A stretch of 33,071 nucleotides of DNA from assembly GCA_034408725.1 (NCBI GenBank), contig JAWXCN010000055.1, positions 1-33,071 on the forward strand, read 5' to 3'. The notes below the pieces were generated by a model, which did no database searches, was not told the origin of the DNA, and worked only from the letters and a program-made list of their open reading frames with translations. The first letter of the stretch is position 1, and each line of letters starts with the position of its first letter. Of the stretch, positions 9,594 to 18,878 are shown in pieces. The DNA is from Candidatus Hydrogenedentota bacterium. GTDB taxonomy: Bacteria; Hydrogenedentota; Hydrogenedentia; Hydrogenedentales; SLHB01. A program made the position numbers and the translations under genes.

Positions 9594-9727
9594 GTCCACA
9601 GATTACACAGATTTACACAGATTTAATTCAATTCAATTTTCGATTCAAAGGCGGCTCAGCTCATTCAGAAGTGAACCGTTATTTGGGTTTTGCATTTTCA
9701 TTTCTCAAATCTGTGTAATCTGTGGAC
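9594..9727. repeat. Perfect 21-bp inverted repeat (GTCCACAGATTACACAGATTT) around a 92-bp AT-rich spacer; MITE/REP-like
   Basis: Arms 9594-9614 and 9707-9727 are exact reverse complements. The left arm is built of tandem (T)ACACAGATT units. Confidence 0.85.
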
Positions 9728-9732
9728 AGCGC

Positions 9733-11403
9733 TTAAGAATGGAATTCGTGGCGCATCGCTTTTAGTTCTTTCATTGCGGAATCGCCGCCTTTGCGGCCAA
9801 AGAGATCGTGGAGGCGCAGGTAGATCGCGTAGAGCTTTTCGTAGGCGGCGTGGGCTTCCTTTTTGGGACGGTAGACGGTGTCGCGCAGTCGCGCCATTGT
9901 TTTTGCGGCCTCGGTGATATTTTTGTAACCGCCGTTTTCGACGCCGGCGGCGACTGCGCCCCACATGGCCGAACCGAGTGCGACGGTTTGGTCGCTCGCG
10001 CTAATACGAATTTCGCGGTTCGTGACGTCCGCGAAGATTTGCATGAGGAGCGGATTCTTGCCGGGGAGTCCGCCGCAGGCATACAACTCGGAAATGGGCA
10101 CGCCGCCCTGCTCGAGTTGGCGGATGATGGTGTAGGTTCCGAATGCGGTACTTTCAAGAATGGCACGGTACATTTCCGCGGGTGTAGTGGCGAGGGTCAT
10201 GCCGACCATGAGTCCGCTGAGATCGGTATCGACGAGGATGCAGCGGTTTCCGTTCCACCAATCGAGACAGACGAGACCGGATTCGCCCGGACGCAGTTGC
10301 GCGGCTTGATTGCCGAGATAGGCATGTATATCGAGGCCAGCGCGTTTTGCCTCGTCTCCGATGGATGCCGGAACACAGTTTTTGACGAACCACGCGAAGA
10401 TATCCCCGACGGCGGATTGACCGGCTTCGTAGCCGTAGAAACCGGGGAGGATGCCGTCTTTCACGACGCCGCACATGCCGTCGATGATTTTTTTGTCCGT
10501 GCCGCATACCATGTGACAGAGGCTGGTGCCCATGATCATGACCATTTTGCCAGCGCCGGTAACGGTTGCCGCGGGGACCGCGACGTGAGCGTCGATACCG
10601 CCAGTGGCTACGGCGGTGCCGGGCTTCAGGCCGAGTTTTTTCGCGATGTCCGGGAGCAGACCGCCCGCGCGCACACCTGCGGGATAAATGTCGCCGCGCA
10701 TTTTTTCGGCGACGACATTCTCGAAGCGCGGGTCGAGTGCTTTGAAAAATTCGGTGCCGGGATAACCTTCATCCCAGATCGCTTTGTATCCCGCGGCGCA
10801 GGCGTTGCGCTTTTCTTCCCCGCAGAGTTGGAGGACAATCCAGTCGCCTGCTTCGATGAACCGGTCCGCGGCGGCGTAGACCTCGGGCGCTTCATCGAGA
10901 ATCTGGAGCGCCTTCGCGAAGAACCATTCGCTTGAAATTTTTCCGCCGTATCGCGCGAGGAAATCTTCCCCGCGCTTTTGGGCAGTTTCATTGATGCGGT
11001 CCGCTTCCGGTTGGGCGGCGTGGTGTTTCCACAGTTTGACCCAGGCGTGCGGGTTGCTGGTGAATTTTTCGGTCATGCACAGCGGGGTCCCGGTCTTGTC
11101 GATGGGCAGCATGGTGCATGCGGTGAAGTCCGTGCCGATGCCAATGACGTCATCGCCGGAAACGCCCGCCTCCTTGAGTGCGCGCGGGACGATTTGTTCG
11201 AGTACGGAAAGATAATCGCGCGGATTCTGGAGCGCCCAATCCGGCGGAAGTTTTTTTTTCGTCGTGGGCAGAACATCGTCGATGACGGCGTCGGGATAGC
11301 CTTCGACGGTGCAGGCGACTTCTTCACCGTTATCGATGGCGACGAGTAACGCGCGCGCGGATTCCGTGCCGTAGTCCAATCCGAGGACATACTTGCGGCT
11401 CAT
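9733..11403 (-). CDS. araB: Ribulokinase (FGGY family)
   Basis: LGLDYGTESARALLV, IGIGTDFTACT, PHAWVKLWKHHAAQ, YGGKISSEW, YEAGQSAVGDIFAWF and LDWWNGNR are AraB-typical. Confidence 0.95.
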   Translation of the reverse strand: MSRKYVLGLDYGTESARALLVAIDNGEEVACTVEGYPDAVIDDVLPTTKKKLPPDWALQNPRDYLSVLEQIVPRALKEAGVSGDDVIGIGTDFTACTMLPIDKTGTPLCMTEKFTSNPHAWVKLWKHHAAQPEADRINETAQKRGEDFLARYGGKISSEWFFAKALQILDEAPEVYAAADRFIEAGDWIVLQLCGEEKRNACAAGYKAIWDEGYPGTEFFKALDPRFENVVAEKMRGDIYPAGVRAGGLLPDIAKKLGLKPGTAVATGGIDAHVAVPAATVTGAGKMVMIMGTSLCHMVCGTDKKIIDGMCGVVKDGILPGFYGYEAGQSAVGDIFAWFVKNCVPASIGDEAKRAGLDIHAYLGNQAAQLRPGESGLVCLDWWNGNRCILVDTDLSGLMVGMTLATTPAEMYRAILESTAFGTYTIIRQLEQGGVPISELYACGGLPGKNPLLMQIFADVTNREIRISASDQTVALGSAMWGAVAAGVENGGYKNITEAAKTMARLRDTVYRPKKEAHAAYEKLYAIYLRLHDLFGRKGGDSAMKELKAMRHEFHS

Positions 11404-11432
11404 GGTCTCTCCTTGCTTCGACCGATGTTCGA

Positions 11433-12449
11433 TCAGGGATTTGTTGTTTGCACGGGCGGAAGTTTGCCCGGCGGCGCCGCGGTCGTGCCCAGGAGCGCGT
11501 AGGTATTCAGGCTGCCGATGCCACCGTCGAAATCAAACGTTATGAATCCGCGTGGAGCCTGGCGTTGTGCGGGGTTTCGGACAAATGTGATCGTCAATAT
11601 ATGCTCGGCAGCCGGCGAGGCAGGTAGGGCGACTTCGCGAATCTCGCATCCACGCGCGGAAACACGGGTGATTCCAAAGGGTTTCCCCTTCGTATGCTTG
11701 AGGTTGACGGTTGCCGTGACTTCGTTCTGGTCTTTCTCGAATGTGGCCTTGATAGGATTGGGATCGATCTGCACGAGACCAAGAATGGTTAGGGACACGA
11801 GGACGTCCTGGGTGGCCTTGCCATTGAAATCGTATTCGAGCGTTGCGCGGACGGTGCGTTTGCCGACGGGCAACGGTTCCGTGGATTTCACGAGAAGCGC
11901 AGGGCCATTTTTTTGCGTGGAATCGAGAGAGACGTCGAAGCCGCGTCCGCGCGATGTGACGCCGAGAATCTTGAGTGACTCGGCTTCCTTCGCAAGCTGC
12001 AAAGGAATGCGGTGGTCTACGGGTTCGCCCTGTGGAACTTCAATCGCGATGTCCTTCATATCGATCTGAATATAGGGGTTGAACGTCGCGCTTGCGGTGA
12101 AGATGGGGGGATCGGCCAGTGGCGGGTCGGTCGTGACGCGCATGTTGATCGTGCGGCGGCCCGCGGACGTGCCCTTCATTTCGTAGGAGACTTCGCCGCG
12201 TTCACCGGGCAGAATATCGCCCTTGTCGTTAACCGCGGTTGTGCAGTGGCACGACGATTTCACTTCGACAATTTTGAACGGTACCTTGCCGGTGTTTTCC
12301 ACCTCGAACGTGCCCTTGACGGAGGCGCCGACGAAAAACGTGCCGCTGTCTTTGCCTGCTTCGACGAGCCGTCCCTGGGGCTGGTCCTGGGCGAGAACAG
12401 TTGACGCTGCACAGAAGATCAACGGGAGAATAGACAGGGTGTTGCGCAT
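11433..12449 (-). CDS. Secreted DUF1573 (Ig-like) domain protein
   Basis: Signal peptide MRNTLSILPLIFCAASTVLA, then FEVENTGKVPFKIVEVKSSCHCTTA...ILPGERGEV (DUF1573 'SCxCT'), followed by further beta-rich modules. Confidence 0.82.
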   Translation of the reverse strand: MRNTLSILPLIFCAASTVLAQDQPQGRLVEAGKDSGTFFVGASVKGTFEVENTGKVPFKIVEVKSSCHCTTAVNDKGDILPGERGEVSYEMKGTSAGRRTINMRVTTDPPLADPPIFTASATFNPYIQIDMKDIAIEVPQGEPVDHRIPLQLAKEAESLKILGVTSRGRGFDVSLDSTQKNGPALLVKSTEPLPVGKRTVRATLEYDFNGKATQDVLVSLTILGLVQIDPNPIKATFEKDQNEVTATVNLKHTKGKPFGITRVSARGCEIREVALPASPAAEHILTITFVRNPAQRQAPRGFITFDFDGGIGSLNTYALLGTTAAPPGKLPPVQTTNP

Positions 12450-12556
12450 ACCGATTTCCCTCTGGGGGTTTGTTGAGAAAGGCCAGTATAGCGAATGGAG
12501 GGGGGCGGCTTCACGGAGGACGGAGTTGGCTGACAATTCCCGGCTACGCCGGAGTT

Positions 12557-12586
12557 AAAGCGGTAGCGGCGGCTACCGCAATCCAT
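12557..12586. repeat. REP-like short palindrome AAAGCGGTAGC-ggcg-GCTACCGCAATCCA
   Basis: 8-bp perfect stem (12560-12567 / 12572-12579) in the divergent intergenic region. Confidence 0.5.
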
Positions 12587-12632
12587 AGGCGGAGGGGGTA
12601 TACTCGACGCATAACTTTTGGGAGAGGAAATT

Positions 12633-14042
12633 ATGTCATTGGATAGAAGCGACATGGGACGGCGAGACTTTTTCCGGCGCGCGGGGGCTGGGGCTGCCGT
12701 GGTCGGATTGGGACTTGCCGCGCGGGAGGCATCCGCGAAGAAGATTGCGCGCGTCGATCCGCATTCACCAAAGACCGGCGGGTTGCTAAAAGAAGGTGAG
12801 GTGATCGGTATCGGGATGATTGGTGTCGGCGGCATGGGCAGCGGGCACGTCGGAGAATTGCTTGATCGCGAGAAGGGCGGGGAAAAGCAGCAGATTCGCG
12901 CCATCAGCGATTGTTACATGCGGAGGAACAAACTCAGCCAGAAGCGCGTGAAGGAGACGGTGGGCCGGGACGTCGAATACCACTTCGATTACAAACAGTT
13001 GCTGGAACGCGATGATATTCATGCCGTGGTAGTTGCGACGCCAGACCATTGGCATGCCCAAATCAGCATGGACGCTATGCGCGCCGGCAAGGACGTGTAT
13101 TGCCAGAAGCCGGTGACGTTGACGGTGCCGGAATCGGTGGAAGTTCGGAATGTTTGTTATGAAACGGGCCGGGTGTTTCAGTGCGGATCGCAGTTTTGCT
13201 CGCAGGATTTTTATTGGCAAGCGAAGAAGTTTATCGAGAAAGGCGGCATCGGCAAGGTGCTGTGGGCGCAGGCGGATTACAGCCGCAACTCCGCCGATGG
13301 TCCCAACGGACGTGGCGGCGAATGGAATTATCACATCGATTCAGATGCCAGCCCCGACAAATCCGCGGGCGACGGTTACATTGATTGGACTCAGTGGCTC
13401 GGTCCCGCGAAGAAGCGCGCGTTTTCCAAGGCGCGGTTCTTTCAATTCAGAAAGTATTGGGATTATTCCGGCGGTATTGCGACGGACTTGTTGTACCACT
13501 ACATCGCGCCGTTGACGATTGCGCTGGGCGTGAGCGCGCCGGAGCGCGCGTGCGGCGCGGGCGGTATTTTTGTGCAGAACGACGATCGCGAAGTTCCGGA
13601 TACGTTCATGGTAACGCTGGATTATCCCGAGGATGTGACGCTCGTATTGACGTCGAGCATGGCGAACCGGCAGGCGAACCCGTTGATGATCCGCGGACAC
13701 AAGGCGACGATTCGTCCGCACAAGGACGGCATGCAGGTGACGGCGGAAAACGAGTTCAAGGAGTGGTTCACGAAAGAATTTGGCGCGGAGGAGATCATCG
13801 TCAAGAACGAAGCGCGCGAAGACCACATGACGAATTTCCTGAATGCGTGCAGGTCGCGCGGGGCGACGCATTGCGATGCGGAAACCGCGTACCGCGCGAT
13901 GGCCGCGACGAAGATGGGCTGCGAGTCGTGGCGTCAGGACAAAATTCTGTTTTGGGATAGTGAGAAGGAAAGGCACGTGAACAAACACCCGAGGCCGAAC
14001 CGCAAATCGCGTTGGCCACAGGAACCGGAGCCGGTCGCATGA
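12633..14042 (+). CDS. Gfo/Idh/MocA family oxidoreductase with Tat signal
   Basis: GRRDFFRRAGAGAAVVGLG...EASA, IGVGGMGSGH, AVVVATPDHWH, GKDVYCQKP and FRKYWDYSGG. RBS GAGG upstream of 12633. Confidence 0.93.
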   Translation: MSLDRSDMGRRDFFRRAGAGAAVVGLGLAAREASAKKIARVDPHSPKTGGLLKEGEVIGIGMIGVGGMGSGHVGELLDREKGGEKQQIRAISDCYMRRNKLSQKRVKETVGRDVEYHFDYKQLLERDDIHAVVVATPDHWHAQISMDAMRAGKDVYCQKPVTLTVPESVEVRNVCYETGRVFQCGSQFCSQDFYWQAKKFIEKGGIGKVLWAQADYSRNSADGPNGRGGEWNYHIDSDASPDKSAGDGYIDWTQWLGPAKKRAFSKARFFQFRKYWDYSGGIATDLLYHYIAPLTIALGVSAPERACGAGGIFVQNDDREVPDTFMVTLDYPEDVTLVLTSSMANRQANPLMIRGHKATIRPHKDGMQVTAENEFKEWFTKEFGAEEIIVKNEAREDHMTNFLNACRSRGATHCDAETAYRAMAATKMGCESWRQDKILFWDSEKERHVNKHPRPNRKSRWPQEPEPVA

Positions 14043-14395
14043 GCGACGACATGAAACAACCGATTGCCCGGCGTGCGTCAGCGGTCCTGATGCTGATATC
14101 GGGCGTGACGCACGTCGTGCAGTTGTATTTTTATCCCGCCGAACATTCCGCGTGGGGCGCGTCGATCTTCGGCGCGATTTATTTTGTGCTGGGGCTGATG
14201 CTGTTGGGAAATGGGCGGTTGGCCTTGTGGTTGACGGTGATATTGCCGTCGATCGGCGGGACGCTGGGGGTGATCCGATTTTTAAGCATGCACCGGAACC
14301 CGTTCAGTGTGTTTCATGTGCTGATCGATTTGGTGGTAGTGCCGTGTTGCGTGTATTTGCTAGTGAAGGGGCGGAAGCAAAAAAGCGACGTGTAG
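14039..14395 (+). CDS. Small four-TM membrane protein
   Basis: ATGA overlap with the upstream stop and four hydrophobic segments. Confidence 0.8.
   Translation: MSDDMKQPIARRASAVLMLISGVTHVVQLYFYPAEHSAWGASIFGAIYFVLGLMLLGNGRLALWLTVILPSIGGTLGVIRFLSMHRNPFSVFHVLIDLVVVPCCVYLLVKGRKQKSDV
14302..14377 (+). repeat. Direct repeat copy 1 (76 bp; 3' end of the membrane-protein gene)
   Basis: 70/76 identical to 16295-16370, with a 50-bp exact core. Confidence 0.93.
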
Positions 14396-14429
14396 CGGTC
14401 CTGGTAGGGCCATCAATAGGAGATGTAGC

Positions 14430-16274
14430 GTGATCCACGGAATAAGAAGGCTAATTTTCTTCGCGCTTGTATGTCTGTTGCCGTTATGTTTTGCGGCGGC
14501 TGACGTGCCACACGGAGCCGATGCTGTTCATTCCAAAGGAGCCTCCTTCTCCGACGTTGCCCAAGCTATCATTAAATTCGATTCCGTCTATACAGAGAAC
14601 ATGTACGCATCAGGTTCCATTATTTCGTATAGATTTGGTCCCTACGATTTGACTGCTAGTGGAGCGTGGGAATTAACGTTGGGACCGGATAGGGCTGCGC
14701 TACAACTGCAACGCGACAGTCCTCGGTTCGAAACGGTGGCTCAACTCGTCGGTTTGCCCACGCCCCCCGGCGTAGACCCAGACGCACTGACTAAATTCGG
14801 TAAACGGGGCTTCTTATTTCATCCTTTGATGGTAAGTATCTGGAATTCTGAGTATTACGCGACAACGCTAATCATTGACGAATACGTCTTGACCATAGGC
14901 ACGGGTGACCGTCTTGTTCAGAATCCGATTGGGGGTGGCGCTATCATAGAATTTTCCCGTCCATGGAAACCGCCGTTCTATAATCAGGGGAACAACCCCA
15001 CGCTTGAAAATTATCTGATGTGCCTTGGTCGAGGTTTTGGAGAATATTTGTTCTCGCAGGATAACTCGGATGAAAGTATATCGACAGATGAAAATGGCTG
15101 CTACGTAATGTCGTGGAAAACTTCTGCGTTGGCCGCAGTTAATCTAGTGGTTGATCCTCGCGCCGATTACATCGCTCGAAAAGTAAGTGTTGTTGTTGCA
15201 AATCCGGGAGGGACCGAAACCAAATACGTGGAATTATCTTCTGATGGAATTACACAAGGGCCAACCGGATATGCGCTCGCAAATGCTAAACTGAATAGAC
15301 CGAACAGGGGATTTTTTTTGCATTTGATGACCGATGAAATCGCGCTAAATTTTAATGATGAGATGTTAAGCAGATGCGCATTGTACACTCGTGCGCCAGT
15401 TCCATCGGCAGATTCTACAACAGTCCACGACACCAGGGTAAAACCGACATTGTCGTACTCCGTTAAACGTAACGGCGAAACTACTGTCTATAAGACTCAT
15501 AGAGGCACTAGGAAGAGTGCCGCTAGCAATACTCTCCGTTCCGAACGCGCCGTAGAAATAGCTGAGCCGCAAGGAGTGTTTTGGCTCGAAGAGCTGTACG
15601 ATTTTCCGATATGCAGCGAGCGGTTACGAATCCGAGACATGGAAAGCAAGTCAGACGCGGCACTTCTGCCGAAATTTCAAGAACCCTTTCTGATTGAAAA
15701 GGACGAAATCTTATTACACGTTTTAGATCGCCTGGTGAAAGCATCTGACGGCAGAGCGAAGTGGCGATTTTCGAATGACGTAGCTTATCTTGCGCCGAAA
15801 GTTTCCGATGATACTGTTGAACAAAATGTGATGGAGAGAAGAATTTCAGTCCCATTAAACTCGTTGAGTGCATGGGAATCGCTTCGCGAGGTCGCGCGGG
15901 TTGTTAACAGCTCTGCGGAAGCGCCACGCATTTTCGCTATTGTGCCTCCTGGAACAGACAGGACGCATTCGCACAAACCCCCGGCCGCGTTTTTGGAAGA
16001 AAAAACTATTACGCTACGTCTAGAAAATGTCACAGTGCGAGATGCAGTTACGCAAATTTTTCAAGCCTCCTCATTCCCTATGAGCTACCACTACTTTCCC
16101 GCTCCGATTGGGCATGACGGGGCGGACCGTTTGATGCTTTCTTTCCTGACAAAGGGAATTTCCAATCCGCCCACCGAAGAAGATGAAGCATTTTGGAAGG
16201 CCGAATTCCAGAGGATGGACGAGGTCTTTTCCGCATCCCGAGACGAAAGACATTCCAATACGGTTAAGAGATAA
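14430..16274 (+). CDS. Secreted hypothetical protein, 614 aa, atypical codon usage
   Basis: AGGAG RBS and GTG start, signal peptide (RRLIFFALVCLLPLCFAAA). The C-terminal part has a secretin-N/STN-like pattern (TITLRLENVTVRDAVTQI), weak. Confidence 0.8.
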   Translation: MIHGIRRLIFFALVCLLPLCFAAADVPHGADAVHSKGASFSDVAQAIIKFDSVYTENMYASGSIISYRFGPYDLTASGAWELTLGPDRAALQLQRDSPRFETVAQLVGLPTPPGVDPDALTKFGKRGFLFHPLMVSIWNSEYYATTLIIDEYVLTIGTGDRLVQNPIGGGAIIEFSRPWKPPFYNQGNNPTLENYLMCLGRGFGEYLFSQDNSDESISTDENGCYVMSWKTSALAAVNLVVDPRADYIARKVSVVVANPGGTETKYVELSSDGITQGPTGYALANAKLNRPNRGFFLHLMTDEIALNFNDEMLSRCALYTRAPVPSADSTTVHDTRVKPTLSYSVKRNGETTVYKTHRGTRKSAASNTLRSERAVEIAEPQGVFWLEELYDFPICSERLRIRDMESKSDAALLPKFQEPFLIEKDEILLHVLDRLVKASDGRAKWRFSNDVAYLAPKVSDDTVEQNVMERRISVPLNSLSAWESLREVARVVNSSAEAPRIFAIVPPGTDRTHSHKPPAAFLEEKTITLRLENVTVRDAVTQIFQASSFPMSYHYFPAPIGHDGADRLMLSFLTKGISNPPTEEDEAFWKAEFQRMDEVFSASRDERHSNTVKR

Positions 16275-16294
16275 TTTCCGCACGTTTGGCGAGA

Positions 16295-16379
16295 GTTCAG
16301 CGTGTTTCATGTGCTGATCGATTTGGTGGTAGTGCCGTGTTGCGTGTATTTATTGGCGAAGGGGCGAAAGGGAGTTTAG
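16295..16379 (+). pseudogene. Direct repeat copy 2: displaced 3' fragment of the membrane-protein gene, with its own stop
   Basis: Reads FSVFHVLIDLVVVPCCVYLLAKGRKGV* (TAG at 16377-16379), compared with ...VYLLVKGRKQKSDV* in the intact gene. Confidence 0.88.
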
Positions 16380-16505
16380 TGTGCCTCGCTTTCAGCTACT
16401 CCGGCGCAGAGAGACGCAGTAAGTTCCGATTCGTCCGCATTCCCAATTCGCGCACATATTCGTAATCGCTCCCTTCGCATTGAGTATCGGCCCATTTCGC
16501 TGCGC

Positions 16506-18065
16506 TCAACTCCCGCCCACCTGCCGCAAACTAAAAGCAAAATTCACCATTCCCCTATCGCTACTTTCCAAAAACAAATCTCCGCCATGCGCCCGCGCTA
16601 TCTCCCGCGCGAGGCTTAATCCCAATCCTGCCCCCTCGATGCGGCGCGTGCGCGCGTCATCAACACGCACAAACCGATCAAATATCCGTTCACGCTTTTC
16701 CGCGGGAATGCTTCCAGAATTCGCAATGGACAAATTGGCCACCCCATTTCCAGCATGAAGGGTCATTTCAACGCTCCCGCCCGCCGCGTTATATTTCACG
16801 GCATTGTCCACGACGTTCTTCAACGCCTGCCCCAGGAGCACGCGATCCGCCGCGACGGTAATTCCCGGATCGATTTTGGCCGTTACCCGAATATCCGGAG
16901 CAGATATCTCGATGTCTTCCGCCAACTGGCGCACAAATCCGGACAAATCTACAGGCTCTATGTGCATGCTTAGTTGACCCGCGTCCGCCCGCGCGAGCAA
17001 CAACAATTTCTGCGTAATCGATTTTAGCCGATGCACCTCATCAAGGAGGTGGCTTAACACCACTTGCTGCTCGGAGGGAGCGGATTGCAACGCATCCTCG
17101 ATTTCGCCCTGCAATACCGCCAGTGGAGTCTTCAATTCATGCGCGGCATCCGCTCCAAATCGCGCCGCTTGCGCGAAACTGCGTTCGAGCCGTTCCATCA
17201 TGCGATTGAACTGCGCGACAAGGTGCTGGATTTCCTCCGGCTCGCCTTTGCCTGGGACACGCTGATCGAGTCCCCGCGCCGTGACGAGCGCGATAGCATT
17301 GCCGAGCCGTCCAATCGGGCGCATCGCTCGAGTGGCTAGATACCAACTGCCCGCCGCGACGAGCGACAGACTCAATATAAACGCAGCCAGAAAACCTGCG
17401 CGCGCCACGGCGATTCGCGTTGAGTAGCGGCCCATCTCGACGGCAATGGCAATGGTGACTTCCGAATCGCGAAATACCGCCGCGCGCCATGATTCGCCAT
17501 TATCCGATAGCGTCGCGATTTCGAGTTGCGTTATCGGATGGCGTCCAGGCGGTGGCGGCGGCCTCGGCGCGTCTCTGTCCTGATTTTCTCCGCGGGCCGG
17601 AGGAGGGCGGCGGAGTTCATGTGTTCCCCGCGGCGAATGTCGTGGATGAAACCCGGATCGCATACTTGGCGGCGGCGGAGGGGGTGGCGCGTCCGGCGGC
17701 GGATACTGGGGCGCCGGTTGCGTGGAAGCAGCTCCGGGTATCCCGCGCAATACACGCAGTGCGTGCGGCCACCGCTCGGTCCGATACAGCAGCTTGCCAT
17801 CCGAGTCCACAACCAACAACACCACGCGACCGGTATCTTCGCCAAATACAAACTGCAGGGAATGGTCAACCTGCGCCCAATGCGATGGATCGTGCGGAAT
17901 CATGAGGTGGCGGTGCGCAATTTCCCGCAATGAATCGTCCACGCGCCCGAGGTTTGCACGCTGGACCATGTACCAGGCCCATCCAGCAAAACCCGCCAGC
18001 ACCAATCCGGACAAACAAACAGAGAGCAGCGCGAGCCGGACACGGAATGAACCAAACCGCGCCAC
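16506..18065 (-). CDS. Sensor histidine kinase (HAMP-HisKA-HATPase; CusS/CzcS-like) with a Pro-rich periplasmic insert
   Basis: Two TMs, HAMP, FGADAAHELKTPL, NVVDNAVKYN, IFDRFVRVDDAR and GAGLGLSLAREIARAHGG. Confidence 0.95.
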   Translation of the reverse strand: MARFGSFRVRLALLSVCLSGLVLAGFAGWAWYMVQRANLGRVDDSLREIAHRHLMIPHDPSHWAQVDHSLQFVFGEDTGRVVLLVVDSDGKLLYRTERWPHALRVLRGIPGAASTQPAPQYPPPDAPPPPPPPSMRSGFHPRHSPRGTHELRRPPPARGENQDRDAPRPPPPPGRHPITQLEIATLSDNGESWRAAVFRDSEVTIAIAVEMGRYSTRIAVARAGFLAAFILSLSLVAAGSWYLATRAMRPIGRLGNAIALVTARGLDQRVPGKGEPEEIQHLVAQFNRMMERLERSFAQAARFGADAAHELKTPLAVLQGEIEDALQSAPSEQQVVLSHLLDEVHRLKSITQKLLLLARADAGQLSMHIEPVDLSGFVRQLAEDIEISAPDIRVTAKIDPGITVAADRVLLGQALKNVVDNAVKYNAAGGSVEMTLHAGNGVANLSIANSGSIPAEKRERIFDRFVRVDDARTRRIEGAGLGLSLAREIARAHGGDLFLESSDRGMVNFAFSLRQVGGS

Positions 18066-18068
18066 CGG

Positions 18069-18737
18069 TCACTCCTTTCTGAACCGGTAGCCGACGCCCC
18101 GAATCGTTTCAATCAAGGAGTCGCCTGGCGCGTCGAGCTTTTTGCGCAGCCGTTGTATGTGTACGTCAACAAGGTTCGTGTTCGGATCAAAATCGTAGCC
18201 CCACACATGTTCGAGAATTTGCGTGCGCGTGTAAACGCGCCCCGGCGCGCGCATCAGGTATTCCAACAATTCGAATTCACGCGCCGTCAAGCGCACGTCC
18301 TTTTCGTTGCGGGTGACCTCTCGCGTCACCAGATTGACGGCGAGCCCTTCGGACTGCAGAATCGTTAACGTCTGCCCACTAGAGCGCCGCCCCAACGCGT
18401 GCAAACGCGCGATCAGTTCTTCGACGTAGAAGGGCTTCGTAAGGTAATCATCGGCCCCAAGGTTGAGTCCTTCAACCCGTTCATCAAGCGCGCTGCGGGC
18501 GGTCAGCAATATTACCGGTACTGCGTTCTTCTTCTCGCGTAGTTGGCGCAATACACTCAAGCCGTCTCGCCCCGGCAGCATGATGTCGAGCACGACAACG
18601 TCGTAGGTGTGCGTACTCGCGCGGTCCAACGCATCGTCGCCGTTATCGCAGATTTCGACGGTGAATCCCGCTTCGTCCAGCCCCTTTCTGACGAATTGCA
18701 AAATTCTCTGCTCATCTTCGACAACAAGCACTTTCAT
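18069..18737 (-). CDS. OmpR-family response regulator (CusR/CzcR-like)
   Basis: VLVVEDE, LDIMLPGRDG, GADDYLTKPF, VWGYDFDPNTNLVDVHIQRLRKK and IETIRGVGY. Confidence 0.96.
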   Translation of the reverse strand: MKVLVVEDEQRILQFVRKGLDEAGFTVEICDNGDDALDRASTHTYDVVVLDIMLPGRDGLSVLRQLREKKNAVPVILLTARSALDERVEGLNLGADDYLTKPFYVEELIARLHALGRRSSGQTLTILQSEGLAVNLVTREVTRNEKDVRLTAREFELLEYLMRAPGRVYTRTQILEHVWGYDFDPNTNLVDVHIQRLRKKLDAPGDSLIETIRGVGYRFRKE

Positions 18738-18773
18738 GGCGCGGAGTATAACACCGGCGCGCGCGCCCGAATC

Positions 18774-18789
18774 ATTACAGAATCTTCAT
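18774..18789. promoter_or_regulatory. Candidate CusR/CopR/CzcR-type operator ATTACA-gaat-CTTCAT
   Basis: Imperfect palindrome of the AT[T/G]ACA-N4-TGT[A/C]AT type, lying between the regulator and the divergent gene. Confidence 0.5.
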
Positions 18790-18878
18790 GTTTAAGCGTG
18801 TCTGCCGTTCATCATGCCGTGTCACAGTTTCGCTGGAACAGCGCGCAGCCGCGCAATAACAATGGAGGATACGAAGCC

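Noticed and set aside
9594-9727. Repeats as a CRISPR array
   Set aside because: Inverted arrangement, no regular repeat-spacer periodicity and no cas genes.
9808-10935. Long antisense and alternate-frame ORFs (also 1250-1954, 5038-5925, 8903-9580, 21162-21905, 27042-27785)
   Set aside because: Shadows of well-supported genes in GC-rich DNA, with no motifs.
12560-12571. GCGGTAGC as an ops/RfaH element
   Set aside because: Lacks the full GGCGGTAGnnTG consensus, is one arm of a palindrome, and is not upstream of the glycan operon.
14302-16370. 76-bp imperfect repeat pair as a diversity-generating retroelement TR/VR
   Set aside because: Mismatches are not confined to adenines of one copy on either strand, are mostly synonymous, and no reverse transcriptase is present.
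16380-16505. Short open frames between the repeat and the histidine kinase stop
   Set aside because: No convincing RBS or recognisable similarity.
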